A stretch of 64,000 nucleotides of DNA, from assembly GCA_963796685.1 (NCBI GenBank), contig CAWCMR010000005.1, positions 288,001 to 352,000 on the forward strand. Reading direction: 5' to 3'. The notes beneath the pieces were generated by a model. The model had not been told where the DNA came from and did not search any database. It saw only the letters and a list, made by a program, of their open reading frames with translations. The DNA comes from an uncultured delta proteobacterium (GTDB lineage: Bacteria > Myxococcota_A > Polyangia > Fen-1088). The position numbers and the translations under genes are program-made. Shown piece after piece: positions 43,539 to 54,570 of this stretch (position 1 is its first letter; the number at the start of each line of letters is the position of its first letter).

Positions 43539-43970
43539 TTAGTACTGGGGTTCGAATTTGTACTCGTACTGGATGTCGCCAGCGCGGTCGAGCTTGGGGA
43601 ACTCGAACTCCTTGACGGTTTGAACCAGGCAGCTCTCCACGTCCTTGTTGTTGAGCGTGCCGCCCGTGACCTTCACGGCCCTGGCGCTGCCGTTGGTGTT
43701 CAGAGAAAGCAGAATCTTTACCGTGCCTTTGAACTCGCGGGTCTTCTTCTCGTTCAGCACGTCCTGGTAGCACCGACGCGCGGAGGCGTCGCGCTGCTGC
43801 AAGACCAGGATGATATCGGCCTGCTTGTCGGGCGGAATCCCACCCGTGTCGATCCTGATCTGTTCGTCCCCGACCACCACCGGCAGGGGCTTTTCATCGC
43901 CGCCGCTCGTGGCGCATGCGCCCAGCGCAAGACAAGTTCCCGTGGCAAATAGGATCGCGATCAGCTTCAT
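43539..43970 (-). CDS. AgmX/PglI C-terminal (TonB_C-like) domain lipoprotein
   Basis: Lipobox LGAC; RRCYQDVL...FKGTVKI...VESCLVQTVKEFEFP. Confidence 0.75.
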   Translation of the reverse strand: MKLIAILFATGTCLALGACATSGGDEKPLPVVVGDEQIRIDTGGIPPDKQADIILVLQQRDASARRCYQDVLNEKKTREFKGTVKILLSLNTNGSARAVKVTGGTLNNKDVESCLVQTVKEFEFPKLDRAGDIQYEYKFEPQY

Positions 43971-44015
43971 TGCCTAGCCCTCCGCATCATTGGTTTCGGG
44001 GGAAACACTGCGGTC

Positions 44016-45146
44016 TTATTCCTTTAGCAGGGCAGATGCAATGCCCAGTCGCTGTATCTCGCTCGTGCCCTCGTAGATCTCGGTGACCTTGGCATCGCGA
44101 AAGTGGCGCTCCACCGGGTAATCGGCCAGGCAGCCGTTGCCGCCCAGGACTTGCACGGCGTCGCTGGACACGCGGCTCGCGACCTCGGAAGCGACGAGCT
44201 TGGCCATGGACGCCTGTGCTCCGAGCGAGACGCCGGCATCGCGCGAAGCGGCCGCGCGCCAGGCGAGCAAGCGGGCGGCATCGATTTGCGTGGACATGTC
44301 GGCGATCTTGAACTGGACGGTCTGGTGCTCGGCGATGGGTTTGCCTTGGGGGCGGCGATCGAGCGCGTAGCGGGTCGCCACCGCGAAAGCCGCGCGCGCG
44401 ATGCCCACGCCGAGCGCGGCGGCACCGATCCGTCCGCCCTCGCTGGCGAAGCGAAACACCTCGCGGCCGGCCCCCTCCCCGCCCAGCAAAGCGCTGGCGG
44501 GCAGTCGTGCATCCTCGATGGTCAAGGTGGCGGAGACGGCGCCGCGCAGACCCAACTTGTCGTGGCTTGGGCCGAAGGAGAGCCCGGCGCTGTCCGTGGG
44601 GACGAGGAACGCGGACAAGGCGCCGCCCGGCAACGTGCCGGCAAAAACCAGGGCCAGGTGCGCGTGGGGACCGCAGGTCACGAAGCTCTTGGTCCCGCGC
44701 AGAACCCAGGTGTCGCCCTCGCGCCGGGCCGACGTGGCAAGACCGTCGAGGTCGGTGCTGCCTCCGGGTTCGGTGAACGCGAAGCACCCCAGCTTGGTGC
44801 CACTGGCCAGACCGGGCAACCAAGCGCGCCGCTGCGCCTCCGTCCCGAAGCGCAGCACAGGCTCGCACACGAGCAGGTTTTGCAAGCCGGCAATGGCTGC
44901 GGTCGATGCACAGGCGCTGGCCAGCTCCTCGAGCGCTAGGGTGCAGGCCAGGGTGTCGAGCCCCAGCCCGCCCCACGCCTTGGGGACGGTCACGCCCAGC
45001 ATTCCGGCCTTGGCCAAGCACGCGACAGCTTGTCGTGGAAAGCGCTGCTGACGATCTATCTCGGCCGCCTGGGGAGCGATCTCCGTGGCGATTTCGCGGG
45101 CCTGGTCACGAAGGGCCTTGTGTGCATCGGTCAGGTCTAAATCCAC
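44016..45146 (-). CDS. Acyl-CoA dehydrogenase
   Basis: GCFAFTEPGGSTD, GTKSFVT, KLGLRG, GRIGAAA, RDAKVTEIYEGTSEIQR. Confidence 0.93.
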   Translation of the reverse strand: MDLDLTDAHKALRDQAREIATEIAPQAAEIDRQQRFPRQAVACLAKAGMLGVTVPKAWGGLGLDTLACTLALEELASACASTAAIAGLQNLLVCEPVLRFGTEAQRRAWLPGLASGTKLGCFAFTEPGGSTDLDGLATSARREGDTWVLRGTKSFVTCGPHAHLALVFAGTLPGGALSAFLVPTDSAGLSFGPSHDKLGLRGAVSATLTIEDARLPASALLGGEGAGREVFRFASEGGRIGAAALGVGIARAAFAVATRYALDRRPQGKPIAEHQTVQFKIADMSTQIDAARLLAWRAAASRDAGVSLGAQASMAKLVASEVASRVSSDAVQVLGGNGCLADYPVERHFRDAKVTEIYEGTSEIQRLGIASALLKE

Positions 45147-45255
45147 GGCCCTTCTTTACCATCGCCGGCGTGAATTTCCGCGCGCTAACGCCATCATTAT
45201 TGCTTATCCTGGAATCCTCTTCGTCGAATCCTCTTCGTCGTAGCGCTTCACGCCC

Positions 45256-46050
45256 ATGCCTCCATCCATCAGCGGCCACACCCACTCGTTCTTCGCCACC
45301 GCCTTCGTGGAGAACCTTCCGCTCAAGGAGCTGGCGGTTGCCTATCCCGAGGCCAAACGTTCGCCCCGCGATCTGTGGTTCCAGCCGCCATCGGGCGGCA
45401 CCGTGTTCATCTATCCCTTCGGCGCGGTGGTCTTCCACGACGTCCTGCCCGAGGTGCGCGTGTCGGAGTTGCAACGGCTGGGGCGCTTTCACCCCGGGTT
45501 GACCAAGGCCCAGGTGCTCAACGAGGAGCTCAGCGTGCGCGAAACACCCGACGCGCGTCCCGACATCGAAAGCGGCGTGCTCGTGGTCGACAGGCTCACG
45601 TTCGAGCGCGCCAGCGTGGTGGCCTTGACTGTCGCGCAGAGCGCGGCCATGGATTACTACGAGGGCATCGTGGACCAGATGTTCGTCACCACCGACAAGC
45701 TGGGCGCCCAGTTGGAGAAGGCCGGCACCATGCCCATGCGCACGCGCCACCTGGCCAAATTCATCGGCGCCGCAGTGGGCACGCGCAGCGAGGTACTCTC
45801 CATTCTGCACCTGCTCGACAAGCCCGACGCGGCTTGGGACGATCCCGGCGCGGATCGCATCTACGAAAAGCTGCGCGCGGAGTTCGATCTGGTCGATCGC
45901 TACCAGTCGCTGGAGCTCAAGCTGCGCGCCGTGCAGGACACCTTGGAGGTCATCACCGATGTGGCGCGCGACCGTCGCCTCTTCGTCCTGGAAGCGACCG
46001 TGGTGCTGCTGATCCTCCTCGAAATCGTGCTCAGCCTGATCCGGCACTAG
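45256..46050 (+). CDS. RMD1/DUF155 family protein
   Basis: FIYPFGAVVF, AQSAAMDYYE, LLDKPDAAWD, LEATVVLLILLEI C-terminal TM. Confidence 0.85.
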   Translation: MPPSISGHTHSFFATAFVENLPLKELAVAYPEAKRSPRDLWFQPPSGGTVFIYPFGAVVFHDVLPEVRVSELQRLGRFHPGLTKAQVLNEELSVRETPDARPDIESGVLVVDRLTFERASVVALTVAQSAAMDYYEGIVDQMFVTTDKLGAQLEKAGTMPMRTRHLAKFIGAAVGTRSEVLSILHLLDKPDAAWDDPGADRIYEKLRAEFDLVDRYQSLELKLRAVQDTLEVITDVARDRRLFVLEATVVLLILLEIVLSLIRH

Positions 46051-47457
46051 CGGCCGTCGTGAAGCGGAAGCGGGCGCCGCCTTCGGGGCCGCGGTCGACT
46101 TCGACGCTGCCGCGATGGTCGCGGGCGATTTCGGCGACGAAGGCCAGGCCAAGCCCGGTGCCGCGTTCGCGGGTGGTGAAGAACGGGGTGAAGATCTTGT
46201 CGCGAAGGTCGTCGGCTACGCCGGGGCCGCTGTCGCGCACCTCCCATTCGATGCGCTGGCGCGATGGTGGCGGGCGGCGGGCGGCCAGAACGACCCGCCC
46301 TGAAGGGCCGGCTGCGGCCACCGCGTTCTTGGCGAGGTTGAGCAAGGCGCGACGCAACTGCGCCCGATCCGCGCTCGCCACGAGACCAGGCTCGCAAGCC
46401 ACGGAAAGAGTGGGACCATCCGCCCGCGGGCGCACGATCTCGGCGATTTCGTCGAGCAACGCCGCCACGGGGAACGCCTCGATGGAAAGCGGCGGACGGC
46501 GGGCGAAGTCGAGGAAATCGGTCACCACGTTCTTGAGGTAGCCGATCTCGCGCTCGATCCGCGCAATCTCGCCAAGACGCTCGGGTTCGCCGTCCAGGCC
46601 TTCGCGCAGAAGGCCCGCGTAGAGCTTCGAGCCCGCCCAGGGGATTGCGTACCTCGTGCGCGATCCCTGCCAGCATCATCTGCATGCGCTCGTCGCGCGC
46701 GCGCAGAGCGCCGCGCATCTGGTCGAGGCGCGTTGCCAGGTACCCGATCTCGTCCCGCGTTTCGACCACCACCGGGCCCGCGAGATCGCCCTGCCCGATG
46801 CGCTCGGCGGCCGAGGCCAGGCGTTCGAGCGGCCCGGTCATGCGCCGGGACAGCCAGGCCGCCAACACGACGATGGTGGCCAGACTGACGACGCCGCCCG
46901 CCACCAGCCAGCGCCGAAAGAGCGCCAGGGCGTCCAGGTACTGCGCGCTCGCCTCCACCATGGCGTAACCGGTCGTGCCGACGCGGGCGTAGCCGCGCTT
47001 GTAGGGCAAGCCATCGCGGCCGATGAAGAGCGGCGAAGCGGTGGCCTGGCCCGCAGCCGCCTGCGCGATCTCGGGGGCATCCGCCCCGAGCTTCGCGCAC
47101 CCTGGCCCCGAGGGGAAGCGCGCCCTCGCTGTCGGCCCGCGCGGTGAGATCGCGCGCCACCAGCAAGACCCTGCGCACGGCCAGCCGCTCGCGCGCCTGC
47201 TCGACCCGGTGGCGAAGATTGGCGTAGGTGTTCGACTGTTCGTCGCCGGCGGCGATGGCGGAGAGTTGCTCGGGCAGGACCAGCATGGACACCGACGTCG
47301 CGGCCGTGGCCAACCTGCGCCCGAGCTCCTGCTCGAGCACCCGGCGCGCCACCTCGTGAGCCGCGGCCCCGAACAGCACCAGGGCCAGGGCGGCCGGCAC
47401 GAGCATGGCCACCAGCAACTTGGCAAGAAGCCTTCCGCGCGGAGGCCGAACCGACAT
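46031..47457 (-). CDS. HAMP-domain sensor histidine kinase; two apparent +1 frameshifts (47092, 46627)
   Basis: TM-sensor-TM-HAMP (RDEIG), AHEVRNPL H-box, NLAKNA, DSGPG, FFTT, GTGLGL, spread across three frames. Confidence 0.85.
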
Positions 47458-47598
47458 CTGTCTAGTGTAGTCGGAATCCACCATGTCAGCGCATGCCTTG
47501 GCCCTGCTGGTGCGTGCGCCGACGCCGTCGACGCACTGTAGTCACAAAGCCATTGTCAGACTCGACGTTCAGGGACATCCTTGTGGGCGGACGCGGGC

Positions 47599-48675
47599 AT
47601 GGGCAAGAACGGAAAGACCCCGGGTGTGGAAACGATTCTGCGACCTGGGCAGATCCTGGATCACAAGTACCGCGTGGAAAGACTGATCGGGCTTGGCGGC
47701 ATGGCCGCGGTGTGGGCCGGGGTGAACAAGCGCACGGGAAAGCACGTGGCGCTGAAGATGATCCTGCAGTCCCTGGCCGACAGCGAGGAGGTGCGCGAGC
47801 GCTTCAGGCGGGAGGCCCTGGCCGCGGGGCGCATCAACCATCCCAATGTGGTCACCGTGTTCGACGTGTTCGAGCACGAAGGCCGCGACTGCATCGTCAT
47901 GGAGCTGCTGCTCGGAGAGCCCCTTTCGGATCGCCTGGCGCGCCAGGGGCTGATGGAGCCGGACGAGGCCTTCGCCCTGCTCCTGCCCGCGCTGCGCGGG
48001 GTCGCCGCGGCCCACGCCCACCACGTCGTTCACCGCGACCTGAAGCCGCACAACATCTTTCTGTGCACCTCGCCCGACGGCGAATACGTCACCACCAAGG
48101 TCCTCGACTTCGGCATCTCGAAGGTCATGCAGCCGGGCGGGGAGTCCAGCGACTTGACCCTGGCGGGCAAATCCATGGGCACCCCCGCGTACATGGCACC
48201 GGAGCTCGTGCGTGGCAGCCGAGCCCTCGACCGCCGGACCGACGTGTACGGTTTCGGGTCTGTGCTGTACGAGGCGCTGTCGGGCCACCGGCCATTTCAG
48301 GGATTCGAAGGCTTGCCGCTCCTCGACTGCATCCTCAAGGAGCCCCCCCGTCCCATCGCCTCGTTCCGCCCCGACCTTTCGCCCGAGGTCATCGCCGTTG
48401 TCGAGCGGGCCATGGCCAAGGACCCCGCGAACCGCTACCGCAGCGTCGAGTCCTTGATCGGCGCCATCGAATCCCTGCTGCCCGCCACCACCGTGCCCCG
48501 CGCCCTCACCCCGGTGGTGGGGGTGCCCGTCATTCCCGCGGCCGACATGCTTCGCCGCGCGGGCGAAGCCGCCCAACCAGGATCGTCGCGCACGCCTTGG
48601 ATCGTGGCGGGCGTGGCCCTTTCCACCTCGGCCGCGCTGGCCCTGTGGGCCGGATGGACGCTCTTGCGGCGGTAA
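47599..48675 (+). CDS. Ser/Thr protein kinase (Hanks type) with C-terminal TM helix
   Basis: IGLGGMAAV, VALK, HRDLKPHN, DFG, GTPAYMAPE. Confidence 0.93.
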   Translation: MGKNGKTPGVETILRPGQILDHKYRVERLIGLGGMAAVWAGVNKRTGKHVALKMILQSLADSEEVRERFRREALAAGRINHPNVVTVFDVFEHEGRDCIVMELLLGEPLSDRLARQGLMEPDEAFALLLPALRGVAAAHAHHVVHRDLKPHNIFLCTSPDGEYVTTKVLDFGISKVMQPGGESSDLTLAGKSMGTPAYMAPELVRGSRALDRRTDVYGFGSVLYEALSGHRPFQGFEGLPLLDCILKEPPRPIASFRPDLSPEVIAVVERAMAKDPANRYRSVESLIGAIESLLPATTVPRALTPVVGVPVIPAADMLRRAGEAAQPGSSRTPWIVAGVALSTSAALALWAGWTLLRR

Positions 48676-48744
48676 GAAGCCGGCAGGAACCGAACGCGAA
48701 AGTACCCTCGCACGCGGATCGGCGCTAACCTCGCGAGCCTCGCC

Positions 48745-50379
48745 ATGCGTGACCGCTGGGTGCCTCCCATCCCGATCCTCCTGCTCGCCTTGCTGGTGCC
48801 CCTGGCGGCCATGATCCCGACCTGGCAAGGCTTTCTGTTCGAAGAGCCTCCGAGTCGGATCTTCCTGGGCTTCCGCTACATGCCGAGCGACCACCTCACG
48901 TATGCGGCGTTCATGCGCCAGGCCCTGGACGGCGGCGGGCTGCTGATGCGCAATCCCTTCGCCAGCGAGCCCCAGTCGGGCGTATTCCTACTGCCGGTGT
49001 TCTGGGTCGCGGGCAAGCTGGCCCGGCTGATGGGTGGCAGCCTCGTACTGTGGTGGGAGATCTTCCGTTTCGTCGGAGGAGCGCTCTACATCTTGGCCTT
49101 CTGGCACTTGAGCGGGCTCTACTTTCGCACGCAGAGACAGCGAACGCTGGCCACGACCGTGTTCTGCCTGGGCGGCGGGCTCGACTGGATCGTTCTCGCG
49201 CTGCACGCCGCGGGTGTGCCATGGTTCGATCGGCTGCTCTACCCCGGTCATTTCCAGTGGAACTGGTCCACCTTCGGCTCCATGCAGATGCCCAACTGGA
49301 TCCTGGCGGCGATGCTGCTGACCGTGGCGGCAAAAGAGGCTTGCGGCTCGGGGCGTCGGCGCGATCTCGCATTGTTCGTCCTTCTGCCGTTGCTCTGGCT
49401 CGTCCATCCCTATTCCGCCATGGTGGGCTACTTGGCGTTCGCGCTGCTGCCGCTCGTCCCCGTGATCGTCGCGGCCGGCGGGCTTGCGCCTTTGCCATGG
49501 GCGCGCTTCCGCAGCCACCTGCGCGTGGCCCTTCCCGCGTTGCTCTCTTTCGCTCTGATCGCGCCTTACCTTCTGTGGGCACGCTCGGATTGGGTGTTCC
49601 GCGTGTCCAGCGACCGGGCCGCCGCGTGGAACGAGACCTTCTCGCCCTGGTGGTACGTCCAGGCTTACGGGCTGATCCTGCCGCTGGCCTGGTTCGGGCT
49701 GCGGGCGCTTCTCCGGGAGCCATCGCTGCACGCCGACGTGTTGCTCGCGTGGCTGGCGGCGGCGGTCATCCTGTCCATCAATCCCCTGTCCGCGGGCGTC
49801 AAGTTCCAGTATTTGGTCTTTCCCCCGCTGGCGCTGCTAGCGGCGCGTGGTCTCTTGGAGCTGCACGCGGGACTGGCCTGGGCTCGCAAGCTGGCGGGCT
49901 CGCGTGCGGCCATGATGGCTCTTGCCGGGGCGCTCTCCCTCAACGCTCTCCTGATCCCAATCAAGGATTTCGCCAAGACGCCCCGTGATGCGAGCATCTT
50001 CACGACCACCGAGGAGCTGGCGGCCATGAGGTGGCTCGACCGTCAGCCCGACGGGATCGTCCTCAGTCTTCAGCACGCCGGCAATCGCATTCCGTGGCTC
50101 GCCGGCAAGGTGGTCTACGTCGGCCACTGGTTCCTGACCCCGGACCTCGATGCGAAGCTGATGAAAGCCAGGATGTTCTTCTCGCCCGGGGTGCCGCAGT
50201 CAACCCGAACCGCTATCCTGCGGGAATCGCGTGCGCGCTACGTTTACGTCGGTCCCGACGAAGCGCCCGAGGGATTCGACCCGTCGGGGTTGCCTCTGAC
50301 CAAAATTTACCAAGCTGGCCAGCACGCCATCTACGAGGTGCGCGCGCCGGACGGACCGAGCGACCGGCCGGAGAAATAG
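48745..50379 (+). CDS. Polytopic membrane protein, probable GT-C glycosyltransferase-like
   Basis: Many TM helices; DHLTY loop, HPY motif; C-terminal AMRWL...VYVGHW...YVYVGPDE domain. Confidence 0.65.
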   Translation: MRDRWVPPIPILLLALLVPLAAMIPTWQGFLFEEPPSRIFLGFRYMPSDHLTYAAFMRQALDGGGLLMRNPFASEPQSGVFLLPVFWVAGKLARLMGGSLVLWWEIFRFVGGALYILAFWHLSGLYFRTQRQRTLATTVFCLGGGLDWIVLALHAAGVPWFDRLLYPGHFQWNWSTFGSMQMPNWILAAMLLTVAAKEACGSGRRRDLALFVLLPLLWLVHPYSAMVGYLAFALLPLVPVIVAAGGLAPLPWARFRSHLRVALPALLSFALIAPYLLWARSDWVFRVSSDRAAAWNETFSPWWYVQAYGLILPLAWFGLRALLREPSLHADVLLAWLAAAVILSINPLSAGVKFQYLVFPPLALLAARGLLELHAGLAWARKLAGSRAAMMALAGALSLNALLIPIKDFAKTPRDASIFTTTEELAAMRWLDRQPDGIVLSLQHAGNRIPWLAGKVVYVGHWFLTPDLDAKLMKARMFFSPGVPQSTRTAILRESRARYVYVGPDEAPEGFDPSGLPLTKIYQAGQHAIYEVRAPDGPSDRPEK

Positions 50380-50480
50380 ACGCATCCTATTCTCTCGCCT
50401 GCGCCGAAGGGCTTTGTGCCCTCAATCAAGGGGCCTTCAGCCAGCCTGACTGAACTGCACGGAACCGGACGTTCCTGGAC

Positions 50481-50511
50481 GGGTGTCATCATCCCTGCTA
50501 TCATGACACCC
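50481..50511. promoter_or_regulatory. Inverted-repeat operator of the toxin-antitoxin operon
   Basis: GGGTGTCAT-N13-ATGACACCC immediately before the antitoxin ATG. Confidence 0.65.
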
Positions 50512-50721
50512 ATGACGAAGACGCAGGTCTATTTGCAGAAGGAGGATCTCGAGACCCTGCACGAGATCGCGAAACGGACCAGCCGGCCCGTGGCGGCATT
50601 GATCCGTGAGGCAATTCGCCAGGTCTGGCTTCGCTCTCCGACGAAGGGTCCCGTCGCTCTGTGGGACGGACAGCCCCGCACCACCTCAGCCAATCACGAT
50701 TCCATCTACGACCAGCCATGA
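50512..50721 (+). CDS. CopG/ribbon-helix-helix antitoxin (VapB-like)
   Basis: MTKTQVYL...L..IAKR...VAALIREAI; ends NHDSIY; ATGA overlap with the PIN gene. Confidence 0.85.
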   Translation: MTKTQVYLQKEDLETLHEIAKRTSRPVAALIREAIRQVWLRSPTKGPVALWDGQPRTTSANHDSIYDQP

Positions 50722-51137
50722 CGCACAGACATGACCTGGTCTTCGTGGACACGGGGGCCTGGATCGCTCTGGCGCTGACCCGCGATCCCTTGCACGAACG
50801 AGCCAGGGCCGCTTGGGAACAATTGCTCGACAAGGGGGCTCGTCTCGCGACCTCGGTTCCGGTTGTAATCGAGACCTTCACCTTTCTCGATCGCAACGCG
50901 ACCAGAGACGTTGCTCTCACCTGGAAGAGCTCGTTGGCCCACTTGGCGCGATTTCGTCTGCTCGAGTGCGGAATCCGCGATCTCGAACGCGCTTGGGTCC
51001 ACTTCGCGAAACCAGAGCTCCACAAGCTTTCCGCTGTAGATGCAACAAGCTTCGTGATCATGGAGCGCGAGAAGATCCGACTGGCGTTTGCCTTCGATCA
51101 CCATTTCGCTTCGGCCGGTTTTCGTCTCGTGGGCTAG
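50718..51137 (+). CDS. vapC: PIN-domain toxin VapC
   Basis: VFVDTGAWIAL...DPLH, VVIET, LSAVDATSF, FAFDHHF..AGF. Confidence 0.9.
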   Translation: MTHRHDLVFVDTGAWIALALTRDPLHERARAAWEQLLDKGARLATSVPVVIETFTFLDRNATRDVALTWKSSLAHLARFRLLECGIRDLERAWVHFAKPELHKLSAVDATSFVIMEREKIRLAFAFDHHFASAGFRLVG

Positions 51138-51162
51138 GCAATGGGGCCGGGCTGCCCGGAAG

Positions 51163-51726
51163 TCAGCGCACCAGACCGACGCGAACAAACCGGGCCACGA
51201 GCAGCGCGATCCACGCGCAGCCGAGCAGACTGACGGAGAGGCCGATGAAGGCGCGGCGTCGTCCCCAAGGCGTGAGGTCCGCGCGTCCGAGCGCGCGCAC
51301 GGCCAGGAACAGCGAATAGGGATGGACCAGTCCCAGGAGCCACAGGCTGACCAGCGCGACCCGCATGGAACGATAGGCTGCGCGGTCGCCTGGACTGATG
51401 GAGCCGTCGTCGCCGTGGTTCGGCCCCACGGGGTGCACCAAACCGGGCTCGGACAGATTCTCGGCGTTGGCGGCCAGGCCGGCTTCGTCGGTCAGGCCGG
51501 GATGCTCGAGAATCTGCCTGGCGCGTTCCAGGTCGACCCGGTGCACCTGCACGCGAATGCCGCCGATGGCGCGGTTGAGATGCCAGGTCTGCGCCGCCAT
51601 GATTTCGTCGGGAATGAAGCTCTCGATCCCGTCCGCCTCCAGGCGCCCGCACAGAAGCTGCGCCGCCGGCAGCTCGCCGCAGTGGGTGAGGGTTACGATT
51701 TCTTCTGGATCGTCGGGGCCGGACAC
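51163..51726 (-). CDS. DUF2007-domain membrane protein
   Basis: AQLLCGRLEADGIESFIPDE...GGIRVQV...DLERARQIL plus C-terminal TM helices. Confidence 0.75.
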   Translation of the reverse strand: MSGPDDPEEIVTLTHCGELPAAQLLCGRLEADGIESFIPDEIMAAQTWHLNRAIGGIRVQVHRVDLERARQILEHPGLTDEAGLAANAENLSEPGLVHPVGPNHGDDGSISPGDRAAYRSMRVALVSLWLLGLVHPYSLFLAVRALGRADLTPWGRRRAFIGLSVSLLGCAWIALLVARFVRVGLVR

Positions 51727-51772
51727 AGGTGGACAGTAGCACGCGCACGCGATGGATGGGGAGCTGCGCTCC

Positions 51773-52174
51773 CTAGCGCAACCAACCTCTTGCTTGCAGC
51801 AATGCGCGCACGCGCTCGGCGATCTCGGCGCGGATCTCGCGCACGCGCTCGATGGGCTTGCCCTTGGGGTCTTCGAGCGGCCAATCGTCCCGTTCGACTC
51901 CCGGTACGACAGGACACGCCTCGCCACACCCCATGGTCACGAGCAGGGACGCCGTGACGGCGAGCTCGCGGGTGAGCTTCTGCGGCATTACGCCCGAGAG
52001 ATCGACGCCGAGCTCGCGCATGGCCTGCACGACCTCGGGATGGACCCGGTCTCCCGGCTCGGTCCCGGCGGAGAAAGCGCGCGCCTGTGCCGGGTGCGCG
52101 AGGAGATTGAACAAGGCCGCCGCCATCTGCGAGCGACCGGCGTTGTGGACGCAAGCGAACAGGACCGTTTTCAT
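51773..52174 (-). CDS. arsC: Arsenate reductase (LMW-PTP family)
   Basis: [31 protein letters not shown]. Confidence 0.92.
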   Translation of the reverse strand: MKTVLFACVHNAGRSQMAAALFNLLAHPAQARAFSAGTEPGDRVHPEVVQAMRELGVDLSGVMPQKLTRELAVTASLLVTMGCGEACPVVPGVERDDWPLEDPKGKPIERVREIRAEIAERVRALLQARGWLR

Positions 52175-53250
52175 GACTCTTCTCCAAGCGTTGCCGCCAG
52201 CGTGGCGGGTGTGACATACCAGCGTCGGCGCAGCCAGAACGCCACGTGAACCAGGCCAATCAAGGCCGGCACCTCGACCAGCGGTCCGATGACCGCCGCG
52301 AAGGCCGCGCCGTGGCCGATGCCGAAGGTGGCCACGGCGACGGCGATGGCGAGCTCGAAATTGTTCGACGCCGCGGTGAACGACAGGGTGGCCGACTGCG
52401 GGTAGTCGGCGCCGGCCTTCTTGCTCATGAAGAACGAGACCAAGAACATCACCACGAAATAGATGAGCAACGGGATGGCGATGCGCACGACATCCAGGGG
52501 CACCTCGACGATGCGCTGGCCCTTGAGCGAGAACATCACCACGATGGTGAAGAGCAGCGCCACCAGGGTCACGGGGCCGATGCGCGGGAGGAACGAAGTT
52601 TCGTACCACGCGCGCCCCCTCGACCGCACCAGCAGGAATCGCGTCGCCATGCCGGCCAGAAACGGGATGCCGAGGTACACGAACACGCTTTGCGCGATGG
52701 CACCGACGCCGACATGGATCTCGGCACCCCGGATGCCAAACCACGTCGGCACCAAGGTCACGAACAGGTAGGCGTAGACCGAGTAGAACAGCACCTGGAA
52801 GATGGAATTGAAGGCCACCAGGCCGGCGCAGTATTCGGCGTCGCCCTGGGCCAGATCGTTCCATACGATGACCATGGCGATGCAACGGGCGAGACCAATC
52901 ATGATGAGGCCCACCATGTACTCGGGCTTGTCATGCAAGAACAGCAGCGCCAACGCGGTCATCAGCACCGGCCCCACGACCCAGTTTTGCAGCAAGGACA
53001 GGCCCAGCACGCGCCGGTTGCGGAAGACCTTGCCCAGCTCTTCGTAGCGAACCTTGGCCAGCGGCGGGTACATCATGAGAATCAGCCCGACGGCGATGGG
53101 CAACGACGTCGTGCCCGAGGTGCTGGCGCGATTCAAGCGCTCGACGGCGTGCGGAAACAGGAAGCCGACGCCCACCCCGAACCCCATGGCCAGGAAGATC
53201 CACAGGGTCAGGTAGCGATCGATGACGGAAAGACGCTTGCCTTCGCTCAC
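52171..53250 (-). CDS. acr3: ACR3 arsenite efflux transporter
   Basis: [48 protein letters not shown]. Confidence 0.95.
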   Translation of the reverse strand: MSEGKRLSVIDRYLTLWIFLAMGFGVGVGFLFPHAVERLNRASTSGTTSLPIAVGLILMMYPPLAKVRYEELGKVFRNRRVLGLSLLQNWVVGPVLMTALALLFLHDKPEYMVGLIMIGLARCIAMVIVWNDLAQGDAEYCAGLVAFNSIFQVLFYSVYAYLFVTLVPTWFGIRGAEIHVGVGAIAQSVFVYLGIPFLAGMATRFLLVRSRGRAWYETSFLPRIGPVTLVALLFTIVVMFSLKGQRIVEVPLDVVRIAIPLLIYFVVMFLVSFFMSKKAGADYPQSATLSFTAASNNFELAIAVAVATFGIGHGAAFAAVIGPLVEVPALIGLVHVAFWLRRRWYVTPATLAATLGEES

Positions 53251-54146
53251 GGTTTTCTCGCCCGGATGAAGGCGCTCATGACCGCGCCGTCCAGCGCGGC
53301 GAGCGTGGGCGTCAGGTCGCCGCCACAGCACGAGGACGCCATCTCGGCTGCGTCGTCCTTGCTGTAGATGCGGGTGGCCTCGACGGTGACGTCGCCGAAG
53401 CCGGCGGCACGCAGCTTGCCGACGTAGTCGGACTCCACCAGCGCGCCGGCCACGCACCCGGTCCACAGATTGAGCGAGGTGCGAACGTCCTCGGGCAGCT
53501 CGCGGCGAAGCACGATGTCGGACACGGCGAAGCGACCTCCCGGCTTGAGCACGCGGAAGGCCTCGCGCAGGACCCTGTCCTTGTCACCCGAGAGGTTGAT
53601 CACGCAGTTCGAGATGATCACGTCCACCGCGCCGTCCGGCAGCGGGATGTCCTCGATGGTTCCCTTCAGGAACTCGACGTTGGTTGCGCCGGCCTTGGCC
53701 TTGTTGCTCTCCGCGAGGGCGAGCATCTCGTCGGTCATGTCGAGACCATAGGCCTTGCCGGTCGGGCCGACCCGCTTGGCGGAGAGGAGCACATCGATGC
53801 CGCCCCCTGAGCCGAGGTCGAGGACGATCTCGCCCGGCCGCAGCTCGGCCAGGGCCGTCGGGTTGCCGCAGCCGAACGACGCCAAAAGCGCTTCCTCGGG
53901 AAGTCCCGAGGTCTGGTCCGATGCGTAGAGGTCGCGCGTGATGGGATCCGTCCCGCCCATGCCGGTGGCCGAACCGCAACAGGAAGCCTTGGCACCTGTC
54001 ACCACCGCCTTCACGGCCTGACCGTAGCGTTGCTTGACGACCTCGCGAATATCCTGCACAGGCACGGCTTCGTCGTCCGAGCAGCAATCGGAGGAACAGC
54101 AGGTCGATTCCCGCTGGGGAGTTTCAAGGATCTGGAGCTTGGACAT
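53247..54146 (-). CDS. arsM: Arsenite S-adenosylmethyltransferase
   Basis: [35 protein letters not shown]; Cys-Cys-rich N-terminus. Confidence 0.93.
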   Translation of the reverse strand: MSKLQILETPQRESTCCSSDCCSDDEAVPVQDIREVVKQRYGQAVKAVVTGAKASCCGSATGMGGTDPITRDLYASDQTSGLPEEALLASFGCGNPTALAELRPGEIVLDLGSGGGIDVLLSAKRVGPTGKAYGLDMTDEMLALAESNKAKAGATNVEFLKGTIEDIPLPDGAVDVIISNCVINLSGDKDRVLREAFRVLKPGGRFAVSDIVLRRELPEDVRTSLNLWTGCVAGALVESDYVGKLRAAGFGDVTVEATRIYSKDDAAEMASSCCGGDLTPTLAALDGAVMSAFIRARKP

Positions 54147-54159
54147 CGCGATCTCCTTC

Positions 54160-54175
54160 ATTGATATTTGTCGAT
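54160..54175. promoter_or_regulatory. Putative ArsR operator upstream of arsM
   Basis: ATTGA-N6-TCGAT, matching two copies upstream of arsR. Confidence 0.65.
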
Positions 54176-54193
54176 ATATGGAACAAACGAAAT

Positions 54194-54550
54194 TCAGGCG
54201 TCGAACAGCGCAACGAACTTGGCCAGGCGGGCCTGGGCGGTCTTGTCGAGGGCGTAGTAGATCCAGGTGCCGCGGCGTTCGGCCGTGACCAGACCGGCCT
54301 CGCGCAACTGGCGCAGGTGATGGGAGATGGTGGGCTGCGAGAGGTCCTTGACGTGGCTCTCGATGTCGCACACGCACAGCGCGTCTCCCGCCGCCGCCAA
54401 GAAGCCCAGGATGGCAAGCCGGGTGTCGTCGCCGAGTGCCTTGAACAGGGTCGAGAACGACGACAAATCCTTGGCCTGCTGCTTGGCGCGCGGCGAGCAG
54501 CACGCGGTCAGCTCCTTCGACAAGCTCTCGATGACGGCCAGCTTGGTCAC
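54194..54550 (-). CDS. arsR: ArsR/SmtB transcriptional repressor
   Basis: ACCSP, FKALGDDTRL, LCVCDI, LSQPTISHHL..LREAGLV..ERRGTWIYY. Confidence 0.92.
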   Translation of the reverse strand: MTKLAVIESLSKELTACCSPRAKQQAKDLSSFSTLFKALGDDTRLAILGFLAAAGDALCVCDIESHVKDLSQPTISHHLRQLREAGLVTAERRGTWIYYALDKTAQARLAKFVALFDA

Positions 54551-54570
54551 GTGGAGAGACTGACTCGAAT

